From positions 82,026,001-82,090,000 of the forward strand of contig OX597827.1 in assembly GCA_951406725.2 (NCBI GenBank): a stretch of 64,000 nt of DNA, written 5' to 3'. Positions 50,361 to 64,000 of this stretch are shown piece after piece. Numbering within the stretch: position 1 is the stretch's first letter; each line of letters begins with the position of its first letter. A model generated the notes under the pieces. It worked only from the letters and a program-made list of their open reading frames with translations. It was not told the origin of the DNA and did no database searches. The position numbers were made by a program, and so were the translations under genes. The DNA is from Octopus vulgaris. Its lineage: Eukaryota.

Positions 50361-53300
50361 GTTGATGTTATATATATATATTTACCACTTACCTGTCTCA
50401 ACTGATTATCAACATCAAAGACTTTCATTTACTTTGGTTCTCACGTGCCCACACTGCCAAATATTTGCCCTATCACCCTCTACACCCCCCCACACCACAA
50501 CCTATTCTTCTCAGTTCTTGCAACCATTCCATACTGATGCCATTAACGTAGAGACCAAACCTTTTGCAATGCCCACTTCTGCTAGATTCACCATCTACAT
50601 CAATTCCTCACAGACATTCCAAATGTCCTCAATCTTTTTCATACAGCCCAATCCACCCTCAGCCACTTCTGCACCTCATTTGATTCCTACCCTGATCCTA
50701 ACAACCCATCTCACATCCATATATAACACAACACACCTCACCCTGATTCCTTGGACCCATTTCTGATATTTTTATGTTTTTTCTGGCATCATCTGTACTT
50801 TACCCTTGACCCTATCAGTGACTGAAACCCTTCTGTTGGCTTTCTCTCACCACACTCTGCTCACCACAACCCCTCACAATCCCAATCTTCCCTGAAGGAC
50901 AGTCCCAGCTGCTTTCTATTCACTGTGGCCAGCAATGTTTGGAGTAAGTCATTCACCTCTACTTACAAGACAGCTTTTACCCAACACCACAACCCCAGCA
51001 AAACTATCACACAAACCATAAAAGATTCCACCATCCATTTCTTATGAACTCTAACCACACACTGTTGCTCATATTTTGGATCCTTTTCCTAAGGAATCTC
51101 CATCAACATTATAGAATCCTTCCTCATTCCATTTCTCAATCCTGATTGCTCTGTTAGCAATGAATCCTTACATTTGCTGCCTTCTTAACAGCCAACTCCC
51201 CATGGCACATGTGACATGCTCTCCCTTTAAGTAAATAAATAAGATAAAAGTAATAATGAAATAACAATACAACATTGAAAAGTCTGGCAATAAAATTATT
51301 TCAAAGTGGGTGGATGGGATAAAGTGTGAAAGTTAACCCTTTCCCCAAGTTCGTCATTGTTGTAAAGTGCTCTTTTGCCACTGTTGTATCTGTCTTCTGA
51401 GAATAGTTATATTGTTATATTCCGAAGTCGTCGATAGAATGGTTCTATCTGGCACTCTCTGGTCGATGCCCAGTCATAACAGTGTTATTATCCTCAAAAA
51501 GTTGAATGGTCATAACATCCACTCTGTACCACAGTATAATCACTAAGACACAACTATCAACACAGTCCACATGTACTCTCAACCTCTCGACCTTCTATCA
51601 ACTGGCTACTGGTCTATTTATAATGGCTGGCTACTACCACATTTTAGTGGGAAGGGTGTACAGTTTCGCTATACAACAGTCATAATAGGTACAAACACCA
51701 AGTATAGAAGAATCTCAGGTCCCTTCAATGCTACAAGTCCATAACGACCTGACAATGTCCATTCCTTTATCTTCAAATGATGTATTTCAGATCTTATCCC
51801 TGTCGTCACCAAACACTTCAACCTTTCCCTTCCAGCTTCGTCTTCCGAAACATACCACAGTGAGTGTCATCCCCAGGCAGGGCAACCTCATTCATCCTGC
51901 CTGCTCCCACCCTATCAGCCATTGTGGTAACAGGCATTAACAACACCCTTTTCTAATGCCTTCAGTCTCTCTGTTGCTCATTTAATAACTCTCAGGGTAA
52001 CTTTTGTAAAGCTTCATCTACCAGAAACTTAGTCTCTTCCTCAAGGAGTTTGGCAAGTGCAAGAGCAATGTTGTTGCCTTTCATATTGTCTGGCGTTAGG
52101 GGTTAATGTTTACTCCTAGGTCTATGCTCCTCCACCCGAGACTGTGACCAAAGGGGTCTCACTTATGCCCACCCCACCTTTTTCAGATATGCCATTTACA
52201 GTACAGTGGCAGCATAGTGATTGCACCACCAGCAATAAAGCACAGAAGCAGTGATACAGTGCAGCAGCAGCAGCAGCAGCAGTGTAATGAGATAAACGGC
52301 AGTTGTACAATTAAGTTGCAGGCAACTGCTAGTTTAATTACATTCTCCCTGACTCCATTAGCTTTTAATAAGGATTCTACCGATTAGATTAGAGAGGAGG
52401 GAGGAGGGGTAGGTGAGAGAAGAGTAGGGGCAGATAAAAGAGGGCGGGGTGGGGCGGGGATAAAAAAGAGGGAGCTAAAATAGTTGAGATGAAAAATAGG
52501 CAAAAAATGGGAGTTTTTTGTCTTAGAGTAAAAATTTTGTCTTAAAATAAATTTTAATTGATTTTTAAAAAATGTAAGAATGTTGGCACAGTTTCTGATG
52601 TAGTAGTAGAGTGGTGTAGCAATGGGGTAGTAGCAGTGTAGTGTTGTTGTAATGCTAATGTAGAGTTAGTTTAGTGGTGCCTGTGCAATATTGGAGTGGT
52701 GTCCAATTTTACAAAACCCTTCCAATATTGTCTGGGTGGTGTGGAGAAGACAACGGCAGAGCCCGCTTCAGGCATGGGCACACAGGACAGTTGCTTAGAG
52801 TCCCTATGAATTTAGGGAGCCTCTCTGTATGCTGTGGTCTGTAGTTTGTTGCCAATAAATAAATACAGGGTTCCCAGGGAATTATTTTGCACTGGGGTGC
52901 ATAACACTAAGTGCAGCCTTGGATAAGGGTGGATACAGGGTAGAAATGGTACTCTTTATCTATCTCTATGAGTGGGGACCCATCCATCAGGGTGCTGGTT
53001 CCAGTGGCTTCATATTCTTACTGCAAAAACTCTGAGTAATTCCTAATTTGTCCACCAGGGGGAGATGTTAACTGTTACGAGACTGGAGTGAACTATTCAT
53101 TATAACTGGGATGTGTTCCTTGCTATTGTTGCTGTTTAACTTCAAATCAACCCTGATCCACCCATGACTATCTTGTCTGAAGTTCAGTTAAGAACTATAT
53201 TACATATGGTATTGTCTGTCATTTAATGGACTCAGGTGGCAGAACTGGTAGAGCAACAGACGAAACATGTTGCAGTGTTTGATTTGGTTCTATCAGTCTT

Positions 53301-56300
53301 GAGTTCATATCCTTCTGAGGTTGTCTTTACTTTCATTTATGCAGAGCCAGTCAAAGAAAGAACCAGTCAATTACTGGGGGTGAGTTCTCTGTCTTTCTGT
53401 TCCAAATGAGAGTGGCAGACAGTCCCAGATAAAAGACGGCTGGGCTAAGAGTTAACAACATCTTTTTTTTTTCAATCAACCTGGCTATAACAATGTCCAA
53501 AAGCAAAAATGCTCTCTTTGCAATTCAGAGAAAGACATGAAGGTATGATCTAAGGGACATCCAACAGTTATTTCTAGCAGGTTGAACTTTCCTCCCAATG
53601 CTTGTCTGTGTGTCTCCTATGTGGTGTGTGTATGGAGAGTGGGTTTTCATACAAGACTCTGCTTAGAAACAGCAACAAAAACTGAGTGAAATCTGAAAAA
53701 TTGTGAAGTTGTCAACAATGGTTTAAATATTGATTTCAAGTCTTGGCACCAAGGGGTGGGTGGCAGTTAATTACATCGATCCCAGTAATTAACTGGTGCT
53801 TATTTTATCAACCCTGGAAAGATGAAAGGCAAAGTCAATTTGAACTCAGAACTCAAAGACAGACAAAATACAGCAGAGCATTTTGCTTGGTTTTCTTTAT
53901 TCTTTTACTTGTTTCACTCATTTGACAGTGGCCATTCTGGAGCACTGCCCTTAGTTGAAGAAATCGACCCCAGGACTTATTCTTTGTAAGCCTAGTATTT
54001 ATTCTATCAGTCTCTTTTTCCAAACTGCTAAGTTAGAGGGATGTAAACGTAAACATGCCAACATCAGTTGTCAAGAGATGTGTGGGGGGGGGACAAAAAT
54101 CGACACACAAATCCATACATACATACATACATGCATACATACATGCATACATATATGACGGGCTTTCAGTTTCCGTCTACCAAATCCACTCACAAGGCTT
54201 TGGTCAGTCCAAGGCTATAATAAAAGACACTTGCCCATGGTTCCACTGGCAGTGGGACTGAACCCGGAACCACGTGGTTGGTAAGCAAACTTCTTACCAC
54301 ACAGCCATGCTTGCTAGTGATTCTGTCAGTCTGCTGCCTTCAAAATGGTTTTAATATTTGCGTATTAGAAGTCTGTGAGCCGGCAGAATTGTTACCATGC
54401 TGTGCAAGATGCTTAGTGCCATTTTGTACATCTTCATGTTCTGAGATCAAATCCTGCCAAAGTCGATTTTACCTTTCATTATTTCAGGGCTGATAAAATA
54501 AGTACCAGTTGAGTTCTGGGGCTGATGTAATCAACTTGCCCTGCCCTCAGCCCCTCACCCTTGAAATTGCTGGCCTTGAGCCAAAATTTGAAAACAATAT
54601 TAGGAGCTTGGTAGGGGCAGTAGGATGGAGAAGAATGAAAGGAGGAGAGGAGGGAGGAAAGAAGGAGGAGTAAGAGTATGGAAGATGAAGAAAGTAATGA
54701 TGATAAAAGCTTAAAAGTTTGGCTTATAGACAACAATTTTGAGGGGAAGGGCATGTCAATTACATCAACCCCAGTACTTAACTGGTACTTACTTTAATGA
54801 CTCCCACCAGAAGACTAAAAGGTAAAATTGACCTTGGCTGAATTTGAACTCAGAATGTCCAGTATTGGTGGAAATGCTGATTGGCATTTCGTCCAAGCTG
54901 TTAATTAGTCGGCCAGCTTGCCGAATTAATGGTCTCAAATTCGGGTACAAAGGCGACAGTTTTGAGGAGAGGGGACAAATCGATTACATTGAAAGCCAGT
55001 ATATTACTGGTACTTTATTTCATTGACCCAAAAGGAATGAAAGACAAAGTGTACCTCAGTGGGATTTGAACTCAGAGCATTTAGTGTGCAGTGATGCTTC
55101 TGCCAAATTGATGCCTCAACAACAACAACAGTAACGATGATGATAATAATAATTATGATAATGATAACAACAGCATGGATAATAATGATACTAATGATGA
55201 TGATGATGATTGTGATGCAAATCATGATGACAACGACAACGATGAGGAGGAGGAGGAAGATGGTGATGATGTTGATGATGATGATGATGGCAGTGATTGT
55301 GATGATGATGATGTTAATAATGTTGAGATTATAATGGCAGTCATCAGTGTGAAATTGTAGAAGAGCAGCGAGAGAGAGAGAGAGAGAGGGAGAGAGAGAG
55401 AGAAAGCGGGAGAGAGAGAGAGGAGAGAGAGGGAGAGAGTTTTCGGTGTGTTTTGTGGAGGTTGGATATCTATTCTTGATTCTTAGATTTTTGGTGCTAG
55501 AGGCAGGTGATTTGTAATGTAATTAGTGGCACACTGGTTGTAGTAATAGTAGTGGCGGAGGTGGCGGTGGTGATGATGTGCCCCAGGGTGGTGGAGTGTA
55601 GTGGAGGGAGGGAGGAGAGAGAGAAGAAACCTAATGACACAAGAATTAATGTTAGACGTAAAACAACAGTAACAACAAGAACAACAACAACAACAGCAAT
55701 GATGACGATGAGGATGGCGGTGACAACGACGACGACACCATGCCCCCTTAATTTGTTGATAAATGAAAATTGAATCACACATTAATTAACGTCACAATTG
55801 AAGATGTTGTTGTTGTTGCTGCTGTTGTTGTTTCATGACAGAGATAATGATTAAGGAGAGAAGTCTGGAGGGATTCTACAGAAATAGACAACCAGATGTA
55901 TGTGTGAGTGTCTTTGTACGTGTGGGGGGGGACGTGTACATATATATATATATATACATGAGTAAATACACACATACAAACATATACATACATGCATTTC
56001 TTTTGTTTCATAACACAAACAAGAGAACCAGCACTCAATGCACACTGTAATGTATGTATATAAGTGTGTGTTTGGGAATTCACTCCAGTGGAACTGACAG
56101 ATTTCCTCCTCCCTGGCTTCCTCAAAGTGTTGAATCACAAAATACTTTTATAATTCATTGCCAGAGGAAGATCAAAAGTGTAAAACTCTGAGTAGTGAAA
56201 GACTTTCTGGCCTCATACAGACGAATCTATAAATTACTCAGCCTCTCTCTATGTCTCGCTCTCTCTGCATATGTATGTATATGTAACCTACACGAGTGTC

Positions 56301-56630
56301 ACATAGCCAGTCCACTTGAAAGTACCTTGGATCGTAGGGCGACATGCCATGCTTAATGAGACCCATTGAGTCAAGTACATCAAAATCAAATGGAAATTGT
56401 AGTTGTGATCCCCATGGCAGAGGCATGTGAAAAGCACCCACTACACTCTCAGAATGGTTGTCGTTAGGAAGGCCATCCAGCCGTAGAAACACTGCCAGAT
56501 CAGAATGGAGCCTGGTGCAGCATCCTGGCTTCTCAGACTCCAGTTGAACCGTCCAACCTATGCCAGCATGGAAAACAGACGTTAAACGATGATGATGATA
56601 ATATGTGTGTGTATGTGTGTGCGTGTGTAT

Positions 56631-56669
<39 letters not shown>

Positions 56670-57129
56670 CATGCATATTTAGGTGTGTGTGTGTGTGTAT
56701 AAATACAAATATATCTATTATATAAATGTGAGTGTATGTGGTTATGTATGTATATTTAGCCCAAAAAGGGTCAGAATTGCTGCATCTTTGAGAAAAACGA
56801 ATTTGAGTTTTGATATCTGCCTCCGAAAGACGAATATTTTGTTGAGAAGTGGATCTTGCTGCTCATATTGAGTTAAAAACATTCAGTAAAAATATTTGGT
56901 AGAACAACCCTTTTGGATAGAAAATGGCAAAGGCTGGAGGCATGACAAAAGATGTAGCTTCATGTTCCACAAGCTGTCTTTGATTCTTTCCTATCCAAAA
57001 CAGTTTTCAACCCAATATTTACAGGCTGTTAACCATAGCTTTATTTGATATGCTTTAAGAGCCAATGTTCCAAAAGGAAATATTTCACATTCTCTCAAAT
57101 GTTTATAAATTTGTATGATGTCAACAATA

Positions 57130-57160
<31 letters not shown>

Positions 57161-57228
57161 TAGTGTGAATATGTGTATACGTGTATGCAGGCGTATATTT
57201 ATATATGTATGTGCATACATATATATAC

Positions 57229-57282
<54 letters not shown>

Positions 57283-57460
57283 ATGTATGTATAAATATAT
57301 AAATATTTATATGTATAATCGAGTGTATTAACACATGTGTGTGTCAAGCTTTGCACACGTGTTTGTCTTCCTTTATGTATGAATCCATGCACATATTTAT
57401 CTATGCTATGTTTGTATGTTTATTCATATGTACATGTGTGTACCTGAGTCTTTCTAGTGA

Positions 57461-57527
57461 GACTTTTTATTGATGTACTTGAAGAGACCCAGAATGGGTC
57501 GAAACATGTGTTGTACCCAATAAAGTC
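57461..57527 (+). ncRNA. Type I hammerhead-ribozyme-like motif (C3U core variant)
   Basis: gactttttattgatgtac-UUGAAGA-gaccc(agaat)gggtc-GAAAC-atgt-GUU-gtacccaataaagtc; the flanks pair as an extended stem I. Confidence 0.55.
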
Positions 57528-57677
57528 TATTACACATTCCATCTCCAATCTTTTTAATACTGTTACCCCAACTGCCACAATGAACTCCCTGCAATAAATC
57601 TATGGATAACAAGAGGTAATCAAAACTGCCAGTGTTTTACTCATCATCCGTTTATACATTTTGTACAATTTCTTCAT

Positions 57678-57715
<38 letters not shown>

Positions 57716-58350
57716 TACACTTTGATCTTAGCCAAATATATTTATACACCCACAACCACGCTAATAGTTTAGGAGTGAAATTTAGGATTTCTTGTTTTTT
57801 TGTGAATCAATTCTGATAAAACTTTTCCCAGCTGGTTTGCCCACCATGACAATACCATTTTAATGTTTTCATCATTCTGAGTAACGTCCTTTCTTTTTTA
57901 TTTCAGATTCTTCCGTTTTTTGGGGGTGAACCATGCTAATAGCTTTTGAATAAAAATAGTCTATCTGAACTATTTTTTTCAGGAATGAAAGGTAATGATA
58001 CATATTAAGCATACATTGAGTCTATATTTAACAAAAAAACCATAATAATGTTATAACATTTATTGACATAATCAATTAATATAATGCTAGTATATATATA
58101 TATGCATGTATACACACTTGCATGCACACAGAAGGTAAGAGCAGAGAAAATACAGCAAGCATATCTTAGGTATGGCATATATATATATATATTTATAAGA
58201 GGTAATGGTGTCATTGAGACCCAAAGGTGTCAGGTAATGCTGAATAAGTGCTATAGACAGACCATAGTTAAGGTCCAGATTTGGTAATATTGCGAATAAA
58301 GAGTTCAACGTTGGTTCTATGTCAGTGTGTGTATATATGAATTTTTTGAG

Positions 58351-58537
58351 TAATAAGATAAAAAAACCAAGGCTGTGTAGATATCAGAGCATTTATAGAT
58401 AGGTCTTACAGCTGTTTCTAGGATATTTATTAATAATATCCCTTCATCGGAGACAAATAATATCCTAGAGACAGCTGTAAGACCTTCTATCTATAAATGC
58501 TCTAATATCTATACAGCCTTGGTTTTTTATCTCATTA
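58351..58537. repeat. Inverted repeat, arms about 80 bp
   Basis: ccaaggctgtgtagatatcagagcatttatagatag..cttacagctgtttctaggatatt pairs with aatatcctagagacagctgtaag..ctatctataaatgctctaatatctatacagccttgg. Confidence 0.9.
58403..58454 (-). ncRNA. Minimal hammerhead-like motif at the centre of a fold-back repeat
   Basis: gtct-CCGAUGA-ag-ggatatt(attaata)aatatcc-ta-GAAAC-agct-GUA-agac; palindromic stem III acagctgt. Confidence 0.5.
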
Positions 58538-60164
58538 CGCAAAAATTTGTATATATATATTTTTATATATATGTATATATATATTTATATAAAAGACTTG
58601 TGCTGGTGCCATGTATAAAACACCCAGGCCACTCTGTAAAGTGGTTGGCATTAGGAATGGCATCCAGTTGCAGAAACTGTGCCAAAACAGACAATGGAAC
58701 CTGGTGCAGCCCCCAGCCATGCTAGCTCATGTCAAACCATCCAATCCATAGCAGCATGGAAAACAGATGTTAAATGGTGATGATGATGCTGATATATATA
58801 TATATATATATATATATACGTATATAGAGGGAGAATTCACAAAAAAAAAAAACAAAAGACGAAGACAGGTGGTGAAGAAAACAAACAGATGCACTAGTAT
58901 AACGCTCGGGAATTGAAAAAGTCGTTAACGTTTTGAGCCTATGCTCTTCCACAGAAAGGAACACAGAAAGAAACAAGGAGAGAAAAAAATGTGTGTGGTG
59001 GCTACATCAGAATGATCAGAAGAACAAATGTTGATATTTTGAATGCATTTAGAAAGTGCAACTCTCTTACAGAAATATTATGGCAAGGCAAGTATGACAC
59101 AATGCTGTAATGTCGACCTTAAAAAAATATTTGAAACATGTATTAAATGCCTTGATATTATCAACATTTAGTTTTGTGGTTTTGTCAATAAATCATGACT
59201 CATCTTTATAACGATAGACCTGTCTCTGCTTGGCTATTAGGGTTTAATGCAAGAAGGACATAGGAATGGAATGTCAAACTGAACACTGAGTCGGAGACTT
59301 CTTGGAAAGTGTACTGCACCAAAGTATGCTGCATAAACACACACACACACACACATGTATGCGTTTGTGTTTGTGCTTGCCCCACACATTTACTTGACAT
59401 CAGTGTTGGTTTGCTTTTATGTCAGTGTTTGGTAAAAGATTGTTAGAATAAATATCAGACTTTAAAAAGATAAGAACTGGGGTTGATTTGGTTAACTTAA
59501 GCATTGCAGGCTGTGCTCCAGTATGGCCAAATTGCAATGACTGAAACAAGTAAGATTGAAGATCCATATTCATATGTGCAGTGCTGGATTAATCATTAAT
59601 CATTAAACAAAATAAGCAAGTACTTGGAGCATCAAGAGAAAGGGGTGGGGGACACAGCACAGAAATGGTAAATGGTCTATGGCACAAAAGAAATCACTTT
59701 AGACTTGCTACAATAATATTCAGGATACCTTATTGCTACTGAATATAGAAGTAGACATGTGTTACATAAGATTAATTTTGTATATATATTTATATATTGT
59801 GTATATATATATAATGTTAAGGAGAGCCCCCTGCTGTCTTTCAGTCATGAATGACTGGGACTGGACCTTGAAATTTCCTCTATGAGGTCTAGATAAGGTT
59901 GTTTATGGAAGACTAGCAGTCACCCATGCATACCAGCTTCTCTTCTCTCTATACCACCAATGTTACCTAAGTGGAAGGCAAAGGGGTTGATACAGTTTGG
60001 CCCCAGTGACATTGCAACTCATTTCTATAGCTGAGTGAACTGGAGCAAGCAATAGGAAATAAAGTGACCTGCTCAAGAAGGCAATGCACAGCCCAGTCCG
60101 GAAATCAAACTTGCTACATCCTGATTGTGAGCCCAAAACTAACCACTGAGTTATGCACCTTTAT

Positions 60165-61090
60165 ATAGAGAGACGATTGCGCTGGTATGGTCATGTGGAA
60201 AGAATGGACGAGGACAGCTCTGTGAAAAATTGCCACACCCTAGCGGTTGAGGGAACCTGTAGAAGAGGTAGGCCCAGGAAAACCTGGGATGAAGTGGTGA
60301 AGCACGACCTTCAAACTTTAGGCCTCACCAAGGAAATGACTAGTGACCAAGACCTTTGGAAAGATGCCGTGCGTGAGAAGACCCGGCAAGCCAAATGAAA
60401 CTATAATCTCATGGCCTATGCCAAGGGCGTAACCAGCCCACTTATGCGTAACCTTTTTCCTTCTCTGGACACTAAAACTCTACTTGCGAAGACCTGTTGA
60501 GGCAAGTGAAATCAAATCAAATCAATCAAAAGCAAAATCAAAATCAAGTTCGATGACTGGCGTCCGTGCTGGCAGGGTGCAAAGAGCACCATACGAGTGT
60601 GATCATTGACAGAGTGGCTAAACAGCTTCCATGCTAGTGGCACGTAAAAGGGCACCATTCGAGCATGATCATTACCAGCGTCGCCTTACTGGCACTTGTG
60701 CACATGCTAGTAGGGTGCCAAGGGCACCATCCAAGTGTGATCGTTGCCAGAGCAGCTAACTGGCTTCCGTGCCAGTGGCACATAAAAGGGCACCATTCGA
60801 GCGTGATCGTTACCAAAGTCGCCTTACCGGCACCTGTGTCGGTGGCATGTGTAAAAGGATTCGAGTGAGGTCGTTGCCAGTACCGCCTGACTGGCCCCCG
60901 TGCCGGTGGCACGTAAAAGGCACCCACTACACTCTCTGAGTGGTTGGCATTAGGAAGGGCATCCAGCTGTAGAAACTCTGCCAAATCAAGATTGGAGCCT
61001 GGTGCAACCATCTGGTTCACCAGCTGTCAGTCAAAATCGTCCAACCCATTAAACGATGATGACATTAAATGATGATGATGATGATGATGA
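60165..61090 (+). mobile_element. RTE LINE 3' end with tandemly repeated 3' UTR and (GAT)n tail
   Basis: RRLRWYGHVERMDEDSSVKNC..VEGTCRRGRPRKTWDEVVKHDL; UTR with repeated aaaagggcaccattcgagc units; gatgatgat tail at about 61070-61090. Confidence 0.85.
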
Positions 61091-61161
61091 TATATATATA
61101 GAATTTATAGACAAACTGCTATCTAGTTATTAGCTTGGAATTATTACATTCCCTAACTATT

Positions 61162-61210
<49 letters not shown>

Positions 61211-61278
61211 GTGTGTGTACATACATACATATATATATATATGTATACATATATCTATATCTATTTATCTATATATAT

Positions 61279-61325
<47 letters not shown>

Positions 61326-62779
61326 CACACATATGTATATGACATTTCCCAGGATGCTATCCTTCTGCTAATGGACATATAAATAAAACATAACTATGAT
61401 ATTGATAATATTTACATTATTGGAGCCGCTTTTAATTCAAAATTTAATTTTGCTTCCCTTGTGCTTCAGCATAACACATCAGCAAAGAGACTTCATATTA
61501 TTTGTCCATGTCTCAGTCCAGTGATTTAGTTCATTTAGAGTTGAGTCAAGTGTACGGTGTTGACAAGCGGGAAGGCAGCAAAACACTGATATTCCCTGTC
61601 TTTGTCCGTCTTTGGTGGGTGAGTTGTGCGGCCCAGTTACAGACATTCAGTGTTCTTTAGCACTCAGTGTCGTGAAGGGATGTCTCAATGCTGTGCAGGG
61701 ATATCTCACAGCTAACCAGGGAATAAACAAAAGATATACACTCTGTATGTCACACACATCTATAATGTTCTCATATATATATTGTTAAATGCTTGAAATA
61801 TGAGAGCAGGAAAACAGCCAACAACTGATGAAGGGTCGTTCTTTATGTTGGTTGTCTTGTTTTCCATTTGTGTCTTTTGTTGTTAAAAAAATAGTTCGTA
61901 TTCCATGTACTCATACTTCGTATGTTTTTGTTGTACACATTTCATGATGTCCTGTGCCCGCATATGCATATACATATAGATGTAAGTATGTACATATACA
62001 TATGTATATATATATATATGCATATATATATATATATATATATACATATATATATACACACACATTATATATATATATATATATACACATTATATATATA
62101 TATAATAAAAACTTACTTGTAACTACAAATTCGGTGTGTGTTGCATTCCATTACTTGATAAATGTAAAAAATTTATAAACAAATGATGTAACGTATACTG
62201 AATGTAAACACGAATGGAAGACAAACAGAAAGTCCATAATTCATCATTGGTTATCGACCCATGGTATTGTTCATTTTCACACCTTTAATGATAAGAGTGA
62301 ATACTTCGCCACTAGTGGTGCCCACAAAAAAAACCCTTCCTTGTGTAGAATTAGGGATGAGAGCAAACAAAATGAAACAAAACAAGCAAAATGACACAAT
62401 GTGATTTAGGATGGTGGATGGGGACAAGCAGAGAAACAAAATATGGCTTTGGGATGAAGGAGTTGAGAATAGTTGGTAACACTTCTAGAAAGTGCTTTGA
62501 AGGATGGAGAATGGAGAGACTGAATTTATGACCGGTCAGCTAAGGGACCTGTCTAAGAAAGGAAGAAAAAGAGGAACTGGCAGCTGGTCATGTGACAGCA
62601 GCAAGCAGAGGAGAAAGACAGCAGGGAGCGGAAGTGACAGAAGGGGGAAATGAATGAAGGGGAAGGAGAAAGGCTAGAATAGAAGTGCCAGGGTGAGAGA
62701 AAGAAAAAGAGAAAGAATAAAGGGAACAGAATTTATGACTGGTCAGCTCAGGGATCAGTCTAAGAAAGGAAAAGGGGCA

Positions 62780-63150
62780 CTGGCCTCTGTGTGGTAAGAA
62801 GCTTGCTTCCCAGCTACATGGTTCTGGGTTCAGTCCCACTGCAGGGCACCTTGGGCAAGGGTCTACTACTATAGCTTTTGGCTGAGAGTGGATTTGGTAG
62901 ACGGAAACTGAAAGAAGACTGTTGTATATGTGTGTGTGTGTGTGTGTTTGTCCCCCCCCCCCGCCCCAGCATTGCTTGACAACAGATGTTAGTGTGTTTA
63001 CGTCCTCATAGCTTAGCAGTTCTGCAAAAGAGACCGATAGACTAAGAACTAGGCTTACAAAAAATAAGTTCAGGGGTCAATTTGTTTGACTAAAGGTGGT
63101 GCTCCAGCATGGCCGCAGTCAGATGGCTGAAACAGGTAAAAGAATAAGAG
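62780..63150 (+). mobile_element. Second tRNA-derived SINE family. Other copies: 14871-14990(+), 25090-25435(-), 28600-28750(-), 53900-54310(-), 105-200(-)
   Basis: tgtgtggtaagaagcttgcttccca..catggttc(c/t)gggttcagtccc (B-box) ..ggcaccttgggcaag; shared tail ccagcatggccgcagtc..gactgaaac. Confidence 0.7.
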
Positions 63151-64000
63151 CATATGTGCGTGTGTGTGTGTATTTATCCCTCTCTACTCCTTGAAAAATG
63201 GTGTTGGTGTATTAATGTCTTCAAAGCTTAGCAGTTCACCAAAAGAGACTGATAGGCTTAAAAGGAAATCAGTGCTGGTTCGATTCATTCAACTAAAAGT
63301 TCTTCAAGCTGGTGCCCCAGCATGGCCACAGTCTAATGACTGAAACAAGTAAAAGTTAAAGGAGAAGGCAGAAGAAAGAAGATGTCTGTATTTTTACTTG
63401 TAAGGAAATATGTATTCGTTTCTTTATTGACCACAGGAGGTGGGGGGGCTAAACACAGAGGGGACAAACAAGGACAGACAAAGGGATTAAGTCGATTACA
63501 TCGACCCCAGTGTGTAACTGGTACTTATTTAATCAACCCCAAAAGGATGAAAGGCAAAGTCGACCTCTGTGGAATTTGAACTCAGAACATAAAGACAGAC
63601 AAAATATCGCTAAACATTTCACCCGGTGTGCTAACGATTCTGCCAGCTCCCCCCACCACCCACCTTAATGAGGAAATATTTACTGCAGGTAGGGTAGAGC
63701 CACAAATTGTATGAATGTGTGAAAAAGGTAAAGGGATTTATCTATTAAATTTTAAAGTTGGTCATACCAAAACAGTTTAATGAAGAAATTTCAGTTGGTT
63801 GTTTTTTTTCCCAAGAATCTTCTGTACTGAAGAAAGTAGCAAAGGAAGTAACTGAAAACGGTTAAAGGCAGAGAGAAACGGAATTGGAATTTTATACAGA
63901 AATGGACTTGCTTTTTGTTTAACACTAATGAGCAAATAGGGATAATAATAATAATAATAATAGTAGTAGTAGTAGCAGCAGCAGCAATAATAACTAGAAA

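Noticed and set aside
61675-61700. LHSIETSL resemblance to the vertebrate PMCA C-terminus
   Set aside because: The match is short and not terminal, and no other PMCA sequence is in the window; likely coincidence.

Overview
This is eukaryotic, AT-rich, microsatellite-dense DNA, most likely from a coleoid cephalopod (octopus-like), inferred from the protocadherin style and the repeat landscape. The one clear protein-coding feature is a large protocadherin exon on the + strand (acceptor AG at 2591-2592, ATG at 2625, donor GTAAGT at 5031). It encodes a signal peptide, six cadherin repeats, a transmembrane helix and the proximal cytoplasmic tail. Candidate terminal exons lie at 14077 and 18157. 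Several isolated minus-strand exon-like islands (about 19.3, 22.7, 23.2, 37.9 and 61.7 kb) suggest the 3' end of a convergent gene that I cannot identify. The rest is TE debris (Penelope-like RT, Dong/R4-type RLE LINE, CR1-like and RTE LINEs, mariner, a Tc2-like TIR element, tRNA-derived SINEs) plus simple repeats. Most notable are a series of minimal hammerhead-ribozyme-like motifs, several in fold-back inverted repeats within (TA)n tracts, and a concerted loss of Ca2+-binding motifs at the protocadherin EC3-EC4 junction. Almost all other ORFs in the track are microsatellite or TE artefacts. All calls are by eye with no database searches, and TE boundaries are approximate.
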